This document shows, one piece after another, positions 17,828 through 27,807 of a DNA stretch of 64,000 nt. Source of the DNA: an uncultured Dehalococcoidia bacterium. Its GTDB lineage: Bacteria > Chloroflexota > Dehalococcoidia > Lucifugimonadales > UBA3495. The position numbers and the translations under genes are program-made. The notes below the pieces were generated by a model that saw nothing but the letters and a program-made list of their open reading frames with translations, did not search any database and had not been told where the DNA came from. The DNA lies in the NCBI GenBank assembly GCA_950072105.1, contig CATMOE010000003.1:32001-96000 (forward strand), given 5' to 3'. Within the stretch, counting starts at the first letter, position 1. Each line of letters starts with the position of its first letter.

Positions 17828-19753
17828 ATGCGGACACACCCTTGGGTTAACACTCGGACGTTGCTGCCAATCTTGGCAGCTTCTTTATTGTTGCTGGCCG
17901 TTGCCTGCGGCGGAACCGCGGCCACGCCAACTGTGATAGAGAAAGAGGTTATTGTCGAGAGGGAAGTCATCAAGGAAGTACCCGTTGAAAAGCAAGTAAT
18001 CGTCGAGAGAGAAGTCATTAAAGAGGTCATCAAAGAAGTCCCGGTTGATCGAGAAGTCATCAAAGAGGTAGAGGTCATAAAAGAGGTGGAGAAGCAGGTG
18101 ATCAAAGAGGTCATCATCCGGGCCACTAACACTCCTATACCGACCGCTACCCCAGGCGCCCGGCAGACCCCGGTGCCCAGCCAGGCGCCCGTGTACGGAC
18201 AGCACGTTAACATGCGGGCTTACGCCGACACCAAGGACTGGGACCCGCTGGGTTCCTCATCTCTTTCCAGCGTGATCTCCTACTCCCAGCTCTACAACCA
18301 GGTGGTGCAGTACGACACGATCGACACCAGTAGAATCGTCTGCGACCTGTGTACGAGTTGGGAGATCTCCAACGCCGGCAAGACATTCACGTTCCATCTC
18401 AATAGGAATGCCAAATGGTTCGACGGTACGGACCTAACCTCCGCCGATGTGGTTTACGCTCTTAAGCGCTATTACGATCCCGATGTCTCTATCGGCAGGT
18501 CAGGACTTACCCGCAACTATGTCGATGAGAATCTTGACAACGGTTTGAAGGCCATCGACGGCGACACCGTGGAGTTCAACCTCCAGTTCGCTTCGGGGGC
18601 GTTCATCAAGTTCTTGGCAGTCGACTACGCTAAGATTCTCCCCAAGCACATAATGGAACAAGGGGTAGACCTGAACCAGGCTGAAAACGTCCTCAAATAC
18701 AATGCTGGCTCCGGTCCCTTCATCTTGCAGGAGTATAAACGAGGCAACTTCTACAAGGTGGAGAAGAACCCCAATTACTTCAAAGTGGGACGTCCCTTCT
18801 TCGACTCCATAGATCACTACATCATCACTGACGCCTCCCGCTACATCTCGGCCCTCAAAGTGGGCCAGATCGACATGTCCAACGCTGGCGGGGCGTCTCT
18901 GACCCCCAAACAAAACATCCAACTGGTGGAGGACACCGACAGCGAGGTCGTGGCCCACTTCTTGTCACCGTCCTTCAACGTGGGTCTGATGATAAACCGC
19001 AAGAAAGCGCCGTTCACTGACCCCCGTGTGCGAAAGGCGATCTACCTGGCCTTGGACCGGCAGGCGATCGACCGTATCGTATTGGATGACACCGCTGGAG
19101 AGCCCATGGTATTCATGCCTGGGATGGCCCATTCCGAAGACGAAGCCTCGAAATGGCCGGGCTTGCGTCCAAAGGATACTCCCGGCGGTAAAGAGGACTT
19201 GGCAGAAGCCAAGCGGCTGATGGCTGAGGCTGGCTTCCCCGACGGGTTCAAGACTGACTTCCACTCCCGGAAGGTCTCTTTCTACGTACCGATCTGTCAG
19301 GTGGTCAAAGAGCAACTCAAGGAGACCCTTGGTATCACCGGCGACCTCATGACTCACGAGAGCGCCGCTGGCTACAAGATGTACGGCACCGCCCGGGCCG
19401 CGGACGCCGAAGGTGACTGGGGCTTGGGCTGTCAGGGTGAGGGAATGGTCGTTCTGGACGCTGATGCCGTCTTGGGTGGCGTATACCGGCCGGGCGGAAC
19501 CAGGAACTATACCGATTGGTCCCACCCGAAGGTCGAGGAGCTGTTCCAAAAACAAAAGGTCGAGCAGGACCTGGACAAGCGCCGGGAATATCTGCGGGAA
19601 ATCGCCGACATCATCCGGGTGGGTGACAACCACTGGGTAACTCTGGTGTGGGGCCGGTTCTTCTGGCAGATGCACCGGGACGTTAAGGGCTTCCATCCGC
19701 CCCAAACCGTCCAGTATGGCTTCAAGCACGAACATCTCTGGCTAGATCGGTAA
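17828..19753 (+). CDS. ABC transporter family-5 (Opp/Dpp) solute-binding lipoprotein with N-terminal V/E/K repeats
   Basis: Lipobox LAVAC; DLCTSWEIS..TFTFHL..WFDG..LTSADV; GSGPF; PFTDPRVRKAIYLALDR. Confidence 0.92.
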   Translation: MRTHPWVNTRTLLPILAASLLLLAVACGGTAATPTVIEKEVIVEREVIKEVPVEKQVIVEREVIKEVIKEVPVDREVIKEVEVIKEVEKQVIKEVIIRATNTPIPTATPGARQTPVPSQAPVYGQHVNMRAYADTKDWDPLGSSSLSSVISYSQLYNQVVQYDTIDTSRIVCDLCTSWEISNAGKTFTFHLNRNAKWFDGTDLTSADVVYALKRYYDPDVSIGRSGLTRNYVDENLDNGLKAIDGDTVEFNLQFASGAFIKFLAVDYAKILPKHIMEQGVDLNQAENVLKYNAGSGPFILQEYKRGNFYKVEKNPNYFKVGRPFFDSIDHYIITDASRYISALKVGQIDMSNAGGASLTPKQNIQLVEDTDSEVVAHFLSPSFNVGLMINRKKAPFTDPRVRKAIYLALDRQAIDRIVLDDTAGEPMVFMPGMAHSEDEASKWPGLRPKDTPGGKEDLAEAKRLMAEAGFPDGFKTDFHSRKVSFYVPICQVVKEQLKETLGITGDLMTHESAAGYKMYGTARAADAEGDWGLGCQGEGMVVLDADAVLGGVYRPGGTRNYTDWSHPKVEELFQKQKVEQDLDKRREYLREIADIIRVGDNHWVTLVWGRFFWQMHRDVKGFHPPQTVQYGFKHEHLWLDR

Positions 19754-19780
19754 CCAACCGATTAGGCAAGTCAGTTTTAC

Positions 19781-19813
19781 GGCACCCTGGCCTGTATCTT
19801 GGGTCAGGGTGCT
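19781..19813 (+). terminator. Hairpin after the SBP gene (terminator or mRNA stabiliser)
   Basis: GGCACCCTGGCCT..GGGTCAGGGTGCT. Confidence 0.45.
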
Positions 19814-19944
19814 AGGTATTCTCGGGAGACCCTCTTAATTTAGGTCGCCGTTCAAATGAAACTGACCGGGCTAGTCCAACTCATATGGCGGATGTACGGA
19901 TAGAAGCTCCGTGCTTAAAACCCCTGAACACCGGAAGAGCGTAG

Positions 19945-20901
19945 ATGAGACAGTACACGATAAAGAGAATAGGCCTGTTCATACCCACTGTTATATTAGT
20001 AACTGTCTTGGTCTTCGTGCTGATGCGGATAATCCCCGGGGACCCCGCATTGGCCATTCTGGAAGATGAAGGAGGTGGCTCCTATACTCAGGAAGACCTG
20101 GCTAGACTGCGCCACGAAATAGGTACAGACCGGCCTATCGTGGTCCAATATGCCACCTGGGTTAGCGGGGTGGTCCGGGGAGACTTTGGAGATTCTCTCT
20201 GGTTTAAGGCCCCGGTCATGGGTGAATTGAAAGACCGGATACCGACAACGGTGGAGTTGGCAGTGTTCGCTATGGTCCTGGCCATGGTCGTAGCTATCCC
20301 TCTGGGGGTGGTTTCGGCCATCAACCCCGACAGTAAATTGGATTACGCCGCCCGGGTGTTCACCCTGACCGGTATCGCTCTGCCCACATTCTTCACCGGG
20401 ATTCTGATAATACTGTTCCTGGCGATGCTGTTCAATTGGCTACCGCCACTGGGATACGAGACGCTCTGGGATGACCCGAAGTCTAACCTGCAGCAAATGT
20501 TCTTCCCGGCCTTGGCATTGGCAGGTTATGACTTGGCTTTCATCGCTCGGGTTACCCGCTCCTCCATGATGGAGATTCTGCGGGAGGACTACATGCGGAC
20601 CGCCCGCTCTAAGGGTCTGTCCGAGCGGGTCGTGTTGACCCGTCACGGCTTGAAAAATGCTTTCCTGCCCATTCTCACCATTTCAGGCTGGCAGTTCGGT
20701 CGCCTCTTTGGCGGCACAATCATCATCGAGAGCATTTTCCTGGTTCCTGGCATGGGACGGATCCTCATCGAGTCCATAGGTCACCGGGATTACGTCATGA
20801 TACAGGCGGTCGTTGTGATAATAGGGCTGTCCATCGTAACCATAAATCTGTTGATAGACCTGCTTTACGGCTGGTTGGACCCACGCATCCGTTTCGCGTA
20901 G
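19945..20901 (+). CDS. ABC permease, OppB/DppB family
   Basis: IIPGDPA..GDFGDSL..EDYMRTARSKGL..RHGLKNA..LDPRIR. Confidence 0.93.
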   Translation: MRQYTIKRIGLFIPTVILVTVLVFVLMRIIPGDPALAILEDEGGGSYTQEDLARLRHEIGTDRPIVVQYATWVSGVVRGDFGDSLWFKAPVMGELKDRIPTTVELAVFAMVLAMVVAIPLGVVSAINPDSKLDYAARVFTLTGIALPTFFTGILIILFLAMLFNWLPPLGYETLWDDPKSNLQQMFFPALALAGYDLAFIARVTRSSMMEILREDYMRTARSKGLSERVVLTRHGLKNAFLPILTISGWQFGRLFGGTIIIESIFLVPGMGRILIESIGHRDYVMIQAVVVIIGLSIVTINLLIDLLYGWLDPRIRFA

Positions 20902-20946
20902 CGTGTCCGCGCAGTGGTCCGTCATAGCCACAGGAGGTAGCAAGGG

Positions 20947-21855
20947 ATGCTTGTAGACCGAACCCGGGAAACTGCCGCAGCGGAGACTTTGGCCATACTT
21001 CGGCCGAAGTCTACACTTCCCGTTGCGCTGCTCCGGTTCTGCGCCCAACAACCCCTGGGTGCCTTTGGCGCTGCAGTGCTTATATTCGCTGTCGTGGTCG
21101 CCGTGTTGGCCCCGATGCTTGCGCCCTACAGTCCCACAGCGATAGAGGTAGCGGAGAAATTCACACCGCCCTTTGGTAAGCAGATCCTGGGCACCGACGA
21201 ACTGGGCCGAGACGTGCTGAGCCGGTTGATCTTTGGAGCGCGCATATCCATGTCGGTGAGTTTGTTAAGCGTGGGCATAGCAATCTCCGCGGGTACGTTG
21301 ATCGGCATCTTCAGCGCCTACTCCGGCGGTAAGACTGACCTGGCTATCCAAAGGCTGGTGGACACAATGATGGCATTTCCGGCCATCATCATGGCATTGG
21401 CACTGATGGCCGCTCTGGGGGCTTCTCAGACCAACGTGATTGTGGCCCTGGTGGTGATACTTCTGCCGGGCGCAGTCAGGGTCGTGCGGTCACAAGTCCT
21501 TAGCATAAAAGAGCAGGACTATACCCTGGCTGCACGAGCTATTGGTGCCGGTTCCACCCGGATCATGCTCCGTCATATCCTCCCCAACGTCATGGCCACT
21601 TACATAGTGTTGAGCACCATTACTCTCGGTTATGCCATCGTCGTCGAGGCGTCTTTGAGCTTCTTGGGCGTGGGGATCCCACCGGATATCGCCTCATGGG
21701 GCGGTATGCTGAACCTGGGTGCCACCACATACATCGATGTGTCGCCGTGGCTATCGGTCTTCCCAGGTATTACCATTGCGGTGATAGTGTTTTCGGTCAA
21801 CCTCCTTGGCGACTCTCTTCGGGATGTCTTGGATCCCAGGCTACGGGGCAGGTAA
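20947..21855 (+). CDS. ABC permease, OppC/DppC family
   Basis: LGTDELGRDVLSRLIFGARIS..RHILPN..NLLGDSLRDVLDPR. Confidence 0.93.
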   Translation: MLVDRTRETAAAETLAILRPKSTLPVALLRFCAQQPLGAFGAAVLIFAVVVAVLAPMLAPYSPTAIEVAEKFTPPFGKQILGTDELGRDVLSRLIFGARISMSVSLLSVGIAISAGTLIGIFSAYSGGKTDLAIQRLVDTMMAFPAIIMALALMAALGASQTNVIVALVVILLPGAVRVVRSQVLSIKEQDYTLAARAIGAGSTRIMLRHILPNVMATYIVLSTITLGYAIVVEASLSFLGVGIPPDIASWGGMLNLGATTYIDVSPWLSVFPGITIAVIVFSVNLLGDSLRDVLDPRLRGR

Positions 21856-21901
21856 CCCTCTATCACTGAACTGCGACCTAGTTAACAGCCCAACCGTCAT
21901 A

Positions 21902-21954
21902 GTTTGACACAATTAGGGGATAGGACTCGGTCCTATCCCCTAATTGTGTCAAAC
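21902..21954. repeat. Perfect 25-bp inverted repeat with 3-nt spacer
   Basis: GTTTGACACAATTAGGGGATAGGAC-TCG-GTCCTATCCCCTAATTGTGTCAAAC. Confidence 0.9.
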
Positions 21955-22032
21955 AGCCCGGGTGGTGACATACCATTCGCCCCCGGATATACTGGCGGCA
22001 TCCCCCGTGAAATTTACTGAGAGGCCAACCCT

Positions 22033-22923
22033 ATGAGTTGGAACTTCGAACTGGTGGCGGGTCCCTACGGCGGTACTACCGAAGGACCGGTTTGGGATGG
22101 AGAGGCGTTGCTCTTCACCCACATCCCGGCCAACCGTATACTGAGGTATGATTCAAAAACGGGGGAGACCACCGAGTATTTCACCGATACACGGCGCACC
22201 AACGGTCTCTGTTTCGACGCCCAAGGAAATCTCTACGGTTGCCAAAGCGGCGAGCGGCGCATCGTGCGCTTTGAGAAAGACCGTTCGACCACCACTTCGC
22301 TGCCACACCAACTGGAAGGAGAGCAACACAACAACCCCAACGACTTGGCCGTGGATAAGCAGGGCCGCGTTTGGTTCACCGATCCCTTCAACGCCTCGGC
22401 AGGCGATCAGGATCTAGACCACATGTCTGTGCTGCGCCTGGACCCAAAGGGCAACGATCAATGGGAGTTGACCAGGGCTACATTCGATGTCAGCCGCCCC
22501 AATGGTGTATTGATTTCCCGGGACCAGAAGACTCTCTACGTAGCCCAAAGCGACTATTCCCCCGGTCAGCCCCGCCAATTGAGAGCTTACCCGATCAACG
22601 ATGACGGTTCCTTGGGCGACTTCGTCACCTTGCATACTTTCGGCATCGACCATCTGGGCGTACAAAGAGGCGTCGACGGCATGACACTGGACGCAGAAGG
22701 CAACATTGTGGTCTGCGCCGGCTGGGAGCAGAGCGGACCCGGCCCGATGATTTACGTCTTCGCACCCACGGGAAGGATCTTGGAAACCCACGCCTTGCGA
22801 GTGGACCGCCCGACCAACTGTTGCTTCGGCGATCCTGATATGAAAACCCTCTACGTGACCACCGGGGGCGGACACCTCTTCCGGGCCCGGACCGATCGCA
22901 CCGGTTGGATAATGTGGCCTTGA
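22033..22923 (+). CDS. SMP-30/gluconolactonase family protein
   Basis: TEGPVW..FTHIP..NGL..NNPNDL..WFTDP..PNG..DGM.LD..PTNCCFG. Confidence 0.9.
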   Translation: MSWNFELVAGPYGGTTEGPVWDGEALLFTHIPANRILRYDSKTGETTEYFTDTRRTNGLCFDAQGNLYGCQSGERRIVRFEKDRSTTTSLPHQLEGEQHNNPNDLAVDKQGRVWFTDPFNASAGDQDLDHMSVLRLDPKGNDQWELTRATFDVSRPNGVLISRDQKTLYVAQSDYSPGQPRQLRAYPINDDGSLGDFVTLHTFGIDHLGVQRGVDGMTLDAEGNIVVCAGWEQSGPGPMIYVFAPTGRILETHALRVDRPTNCCFGDPDMKTLYVTTGGGHLFRARTDRTGWIMWP

Positions 22924-22954
22924 CCATCCCAATCTTTGGACGAGTCCAAATCCA

Positions 22955-23722
22955 ATGGCCAAGTTGACTGACAAGCCGAGTAAAAGAAAGCGGGCCGATC
23001 TGCTTTTGGTCGACCGCGGGTTGGCAGAAAGCCGGGGGCAGGCTCAAACCCTCATCGCCGAAGGACTGGTTTTCAGCCGCGCGGGGCGGGTCCTAAAAGC
23101 CAGTTCAATCTTGCCAGGGACAGATTCCCTGGAGGTTCGCGGCAACCTTCCCTACGTTAGCCGTGGCGGCTTGAAACTGGCTCACGCTCTGGACAATTTC
23201 AAACTTGCGGTGGAAGGATTTACCGTGTTGGACGTGGGCGCGTCCACCGGCGGATTTACCGACTGCGTCCTGCAACGGGGCGCCGAGCGCGTCTATGCCC
23301 TGGACGTGGGCCACGGTCAGATGGCCTACAAGCTACGGCAGGATTCAAGAGTGACGGTCATCGAAAAATGCAACGCCCGCAATCCATTCGAATTGCCCGA
23401 ACCGGTGGACCTGATCACCATCGACGTGTCCTTCATCTCCCTGGCCCTGGTGATACCTTCAGCGATTCAGCACTTGAGGCACGGCTCGTACGTCGCTGCA
23501 CTGGTCAAACCCCAGTTCGAGGCACGCCGGGAAGACGTCGGACGGGGCGGCGTGATCAAGGACCCCAAGATCCACGCGGCCGTGCTCAGCCGGATGATCA
23601 ACTGGGCGATCAACGCCGGGCTGCGCGTCCGCAACCTCTGCCCGTCGCCGATCCTAGGTAACGCCGGCAATCGGGAGTTCTTCCTGCTGCTCCAGAAACC
23701 AGCCATCCGATCCACCAAGTGA
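22955..23722 (+). CDS. tlyA: TlyA family rRNA 2'-O-methyltransferase
   Basis: S4-like RADLLLV.RGL..SR; YVSRGGLKL; LDVGASTGGFTD; DVSFISL; LVKPQFE; GNREF. Confidence 0.95.
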   Translation: MAKLTDKPSKRKRADLLLVDRGLAESRGQAQTLIAEGLVFSRAGRVLKASSILPGTDSLEVRGNLPYVSRGGLKLAHALDNFKLAVEGFTVLDVGASTGGFTDCVLQRGAERVYALDVGHGQMAYKLRQDSRVTVIEKCNARNPFELPEPVDLITIDVSFISLALVIPSAIQHLRHGSYVAALVKPQFEARREDVGRGGVIKDPKIHAAVLSRMINWAINAGLRVRNLCPSPILGNAGNREFFLLLQKPAIRSTK

Positions 23723-23728
23723 GCCCAA

Positions 23729-23761
23729 CCTCCCCCCTTACAAAGGGGGGAATGAGGGGGG
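23729..23761 (+). repeat. Divergent copy of the C6-TTTCGTAAA-G6 palindromic repeat (intergenic)
   Basis: CCTCCCCCCTTACAAAGGGGGGAATGAGGGGGG. Confidence 0.6.
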
Positions 23762-23798
23762 CGACCCCCAACCAACCCAAAATTCAGGAGAAGAGTCA

Positions 23799-24272
23799 AT
23801 GGATGTTACCGAGATAGCAGAGTTACTGGTCGCCCAAGGCAAAACCGTTTCCGTGGCCGAAGCCGATACCATGGGACTGATCGGCTACATGCTGGGGTCG
23901 GTTCCCGGAAGCTCCCGGTACTGTCCGGGCGGCGTTATCGCCTATACCGGCGGCTTGAAACAGAGCGTGCTGGGGGTAACCGACGAGCAATACAACACCT
24001 ATGGCAGCGTCAGCAGGGAAGTCGCCATCGCCATGGCAAAAGGAGTCAGAGAGCTCTGTGGGACCGATTACGCCGTCTCCACCACCGGAGTCACCGGTCC
24101 GGCCCAGGGACACTCCAGCTTCCCCATAGGGACATTTTGGATCGGATTGGCGGTCAAGGATGGAGAGGACGTGGCGATAGAAGTCCACCTATCCGGAGAC
24201 CGGGACGCCACCAAGCGGGGGGCGGCCCAAGCGGCCCTGGATCTGCTGGGCAACCATCTGAAGGGCGGCTGA
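23799..24272 (+). CDS. CinA C-terminal / PncC-like protein with a degenerate motif
   Basis: VSVAEADTMGLI..VPGSS..GGVIAY..K..LGV..GSVS.EVA.AMA..STTGVTGP. Confidence 0.8.
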   Translation: MDVTEIAELLVAQGKTVSVAEADTMGLIGYMLGSVPGSSRYCPGGVIAYTGGLKQSVLGVTDEQYNTYGSVSREVAIAMAKGVRELCGTDYAVSTTGVTGPAQGHSSFPIGTFWIGLAVKDGEDVAIEVHLSGDRDATKRGAAQAALDLLGNHLKGG

Positions 24273-24285
24273 TCCTTGCGCTAGC

Positions 24286-26610
24286 CTAAGCCGGGTCCAA
24301 CCGTTGCTGGGTTTCACTGTTAGCAACGATGTGGTCCCAGTCGTACTCCATGGGCGCCATTTCCACCCTGCTCCAAATCTCCGACTGGTCGTGATAATGG
24401 GGGCTGCCCGGATGCCCCGAGCTTCCGAGGGGAACCGCCCACATGGAGTTGCTCCAGTCGGAAGGGTCGTAAACGTAACGGGCCACCGAAAGACTGGTGA
24501 CCGCGGCAAAGTCGGCCGTGGAGTAGCTCCCAGCCAGGGGCGTATCGCCGTCTCCGTTCATGGGAATGGGCGGCGGGTCCAATAGGTGCGCCAGCTCCGG
24601 GAAAGCATCCGACAGCGTGTGTTTAGGGCGGGCCTGGTGCAGCTTGTTCCAACGCCATTCGTCCAGGTTGTCGCCCAGGAGTTGTTTCAGAGTGTCCACT
24701 GCGTCGGCCAGACCGTCGGCCACCATCTCCGGCCAGTCCTTACCCGGCGGCAACATGCTCCGGTCGTCCTCGGCGATCATCGACGCCAACATACCCTTAA
24801 ACCTGGCGAGGAACTGTCCCAAGCCTCGTCCATCGGGGTTTCGCGCCAGTTCGGAGAGTTCGTCTCCCAGGTTGTGCTTTAGAATCTTGTGGAGCAGGCT
24901 ATCCCGTAACGCGCTGTAAATGGTTGGCTCCACCCGGCCGGCATCCATCTGTCCCTGCCATGCGAGCAGCTTGTCCTTGGCCAGGGCCGAGGTTTTGTCC
25001 CGGGGCTCTACCTGGGCCATGATTCCCAGATAAGACTGGGCCGGGATGGATACCCGCTCGCCGTGAACGATGGCCATATCGGCTGTCGAGGGTCGTTCCA
25101 GGGACAGCAACCGCTTGGTCACCCGCTGGGCGCGGAATCCCGGCGTGAAGTCCGTCGAGATGTAGTAAGGATAATCGTTGTCCACCGGCCGGTTGTTGCA
25201 CGTGACGATATAGCCCTCCTCCGGGTTCACGGCCTTAGGCATATCTTCGAAGGGGATGTAGCCCTGCCATTCGTGTTCGCCGGTCCAGCCCGGAACCGGC
25301 AGCCAACCGTTGTCCTGAGAACGTATGGGCACCTTGCCCCGGCACAAGTGACCGAAGTTGCCATCGGTATCGACGAATACCAGGTTGTTGCACGGGTCAA
25401 CCCATTCCCGCATCGATTCGATCAACTCGTCCGAATTTTTTGCCAGCAACATTTGCCACAACCCGTCGGGCCAGGTGGACGGCCCTTCCGTCGCCGTGTA
25501 CTTGAAAGCGATACCGCTGCCCTGCTCCGGGTTTCCCGAGATAACCGGACCGTGTTGGGTGACCCAGACCTTCAAGGGAACGTCGTCGCCGCCCTTAACT
25601 TTTATCGTCTCTTGATACACCTCAGCTCGCCGCCACTGGTCTTTGTACTTGTAGTAACCGGAGTCGTCTTTCTTAAACTGTTCGATATAGAGATCCTGAT
25701 AATCTGCGCCCAAGTGAGTCACGCACCAGGCCACCCAGGGATTGTGGCCGAAGTGGGGGAACGCGGGCATCCCCGGAAACGATAGACCCACCACGTCGAA
25801 TTCGGGACAGGACACATGATTCTGGTAGTAGACGTTGGGTGTGTCCAACGCCCGGTGGGAGTCTCCCGCCAGGAGGGGCATTCCCGTTGCGGTCCGGCTT
25901 CCGGACAGGGCCCAGCTATTGCTGCCTCCGTCGCTGCCGTTCAACACGGCCAAGGCAGCCATTCCCCTGTTCAGCTCTTCAAGTCCGTCCGCCACGGGTC
26001 CTTCGTAGGATGTTCCAGGCGGTAGTATCTGCAGTTGCCCGGCCTGGTATCCGGGGAACAACTCCGCCGTCTTCTCCGGACCAACCTGGTGAAGGACCTT
26101 GGTCCGCCAGATCTTCGACTCGAAAACCCCCATGAAGATGTGCCGTATCTTGTAGACCACCAGGCCGTCCCACGGCTGCCAGGGCTCTGGGGATATTCCC
26201 GCTATCTGATACTCCACCGGCAGGACCGGCGACGTCTCGATGAAAGCGTTGACACCGCGAGCGTAAGAATCCATCATCTGCCTGGTCCGCTCGCTGACGG
26301 CTTGGTAGTCGGACCGGGCGCTGGCCTCCAACCGGAATCTCCGCATCATCTTGTCCTGGTCCACCGCCGACGGCCCCACCACCTCCGCCCAGCGTCCCGC
26401 TCCCCGCAGGCGGTCGTATTCCATGTGCCAGAGTTGGTCTTGGGCAGTAACGAAGCCCTGGGCGAAAAACGCGTCGCCCTCGCTGGCGGCCCGGATGTGA
26501 GGAATGCCGTAGCGGTCCCGGTACACGTCCACGGGGGATTCCAGTCCCGGAAGGGTGATCTCTCCGCTCAGGGGCGGGACCGCTGCTTTCAGCTCATCAA
26601 GACCTATCAT
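24286..26610 (-). CDS. Penicillin acylase family (peptidase S45) Ntn hydrolase
   Basis: VYRDRYGIPHI..FAQGFVTAQDQLW; GSNSWALSG; GHNPWVAW; GSSGHPGSPHYHDQ; GGAGAG before ATG 26610. Confidence 0.93.
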   Translation of the reverse strand: MIGLDELKAAVPPLSGEITLPGLESPVDVYRDRYGIPHIRAASEGDAFFAQGFVTAQDQLWHMEYDRLRGAGRWAEVVGPSAVDQDKMMRRFRLEASARSDYQAVSERTRQMMDSYARGVNAFIETSPVLPVEYQIAGISPEPWQPWDGLVVYKIRHIFMGVFESKIWRTKVLHQVGPEKTAELFPGYQAGQLQILPPGTSYEGPVADGLEELNRGMAALAVLNGSDGGSNSWALSGSRTATGMPLLAGDSHRALDTPNVYYQNHVSCPEFDVVGLSFPGMPAFPHFGHNPWVAWCVTHLGADYQDLYIEQFKKDDSGYYKYKDQWRRAEVYQETIKVKGGDDVPLKVWVTQHGPVISGNPEQGSGIAFKYTATEGPSTWPDGLWQMLLAKNSDELIESMREWVDPCNNLVFVDTDGNFGHLCRGKVPIRSQDNGWLPVPGWTGEHEWQGYIPFEDMPKAVNPEEGYIVTCNNRPVDNDYPYYISTDFTPGFRAQRVTKRLLSLERPSTADMAIVHGERVSIPAQSYLGIMAQVEPRDKTSALAKDKLLAWQGQMDAGRVEPTIYSALRDSLLHKILKHNLGDELSELARNPDGRGLGQFLARFKGMLASMIAEDDRSMLPPGKDWPEMVADGLADAVDTLKQLLGDNLDEWRWNKLHQARPKHTLSDAFPELAHLLDPPPIPMNGDGDTPLAGSYSTADFAAVTSLSVARYVYDPSDWSNSMWAVPLGSSGHPGSPHYHDQSEIWSRVEMAPMEYDWDHIVANSETQQRLDPA

Positions 26611-26819
26611 GCTGCTCTCCGGTGAGTCTCGCCGCTTTGGATTATTGGGGGTCCAGGCCAAAGGGCGACGATTTCGCACATCATACCATCGTCACACCAC
26701 GTGCGGCTCTCGATAGGGTGATTCGCCCACGCCGATAACGTTGACGCGGACCAGCCTCCCGGATAATATCCGGTCAGATATCAAAAGTTCGATACACCTC
26801 CATCGCACAGAGGAAAGAC

Positions 26820-27653
26820 ATGCAGATCGCCGACAACATCTACAGCACTCACATCCTGGAAGACCCCAACACCTTCGGCGCGATGCACCCCGGTGGGACG
26901 CAGATATACTTCGTCGGCGACCCCAACGACAACATGGTGATGATCGATTCTGGAGAGCCTTACCGGGCCTGGACTCGCCAGATACTGGACTACTACGCCG
27001 AGTTGGGGCGGCCTCGAATGTCGGCGATATTGGTGACCCACGGCCACGGAGACCACATCGGCGGTCTGGACCGGATACAAGAAGAGATGGGCTGCCAGGT
27101 GCGTTGCCACCCCAAGCTGGCTGCCTATCTAACGGAGCGACTGGGCACAGGCTGCGTCCAGCCGATAAAGTCTCGAGAAGTCATACCCACCGGCGGAGGG
27201 CAGGGCTTGCGAGCCTTGTTCACCCCAGGCCACGAGGACAACCATATCTCCTACTTCATGAGGGATCAACGAACACTATTCACCGGCGACACCATCCTGG
27301 GCAACTCCTCATCCAGCATCCGCAACCTGAAGCAGTACATGGCCTCTTTGGAGCTTCTGGCCCGGCAACGCCCAAACCTGATCTGTCCCGGCCACGGACA
27401 ACTTGTCCACGACGGAGCCAAGCGCATACAGTGGTACATCGACCATCGGCAGGCCCGGGAGCAACAGATAATAAAAGCCCTGGCCGCTGGCTCAGGGACC
27501 GTGGACGAGGTTGTTAAAGCCGTTTACCCCCGGAACCTACGCAAGAACCTTCGATCGGCGGCAGCCCGCAACGTAACCACCCACCTGGCCAAGCTGATGG
27601 AAGAGGGCGCAGTTTCCCAAAACGCGGTCACCTACAGCGTCAACGGAGCCTAA
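26820..27653 (+). CDS. Metallo-beta-lactamase fold hydrolase (LACTB2-like)
   Basis: THGHGDHIGG, TPGH..H, FTGDTILG, PGHG, C-terminal winged-helix-like segment. Confidence 0.9.
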   Translation: MQIADNIYSTHILEDPNTFGAMHPGGTQIYFVGDPNDNMVMIDSGEPYRAWTRQILDYYAELGRPRMSAILVTHGHGDHIGGLDRIQEEMGCQVRCHPKLAAYLTERLGTGCVQPIKSREVIPTGGGQGLRALFTPGHEDNHISYFMRDQRTLFTGDTILGNSSSSIRNLKQYMASLELLARQRPNLICPGHGQLVHDGAKRIQWYIDHRQAREQQIIKALAAGSGTVDEVVKAVYPRNLRKNLRSAAARNVTTHLAKLMEEGAVSQNAVTYSVNGA

Positions 27654-27700
27654 CGAATCACTGTCCAGTAGGCCACTGACAACGCAGAATCGATCACAAA

Positions 27701-27740
27701 ATCCCTTCCCCCTCGATGGGGGAAGGTTAGGATGGGGGTG
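27701..27740. repeat. REP-like palindrome between convergent genes
   Basis: CCTTCCCCC-TCGAT-GGGGGAAGG-TTAGGATGGGGGTG: hairpin plus G-run, like the main repeat family. Confidence 0.6.
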
Positions 27741-27807
27741 ATACCCCACCCGATAACCTTTTTCCATATAAGTGCTTATGAGGCTACCAGGTCAAACCCC
27801 GCTAGCC

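Noticed and set aside
9120..17830. att sites or tRNA at the head-operon boundaries
   Set aside because: No flanking direct repeat, tRNA or integrase was recognised by eye.
17933..18120. CRISPR array or non-coding tandem repeat
   Set aside because: The repeats are degenerate codon-level repeats inside a CDS, with no spacers.
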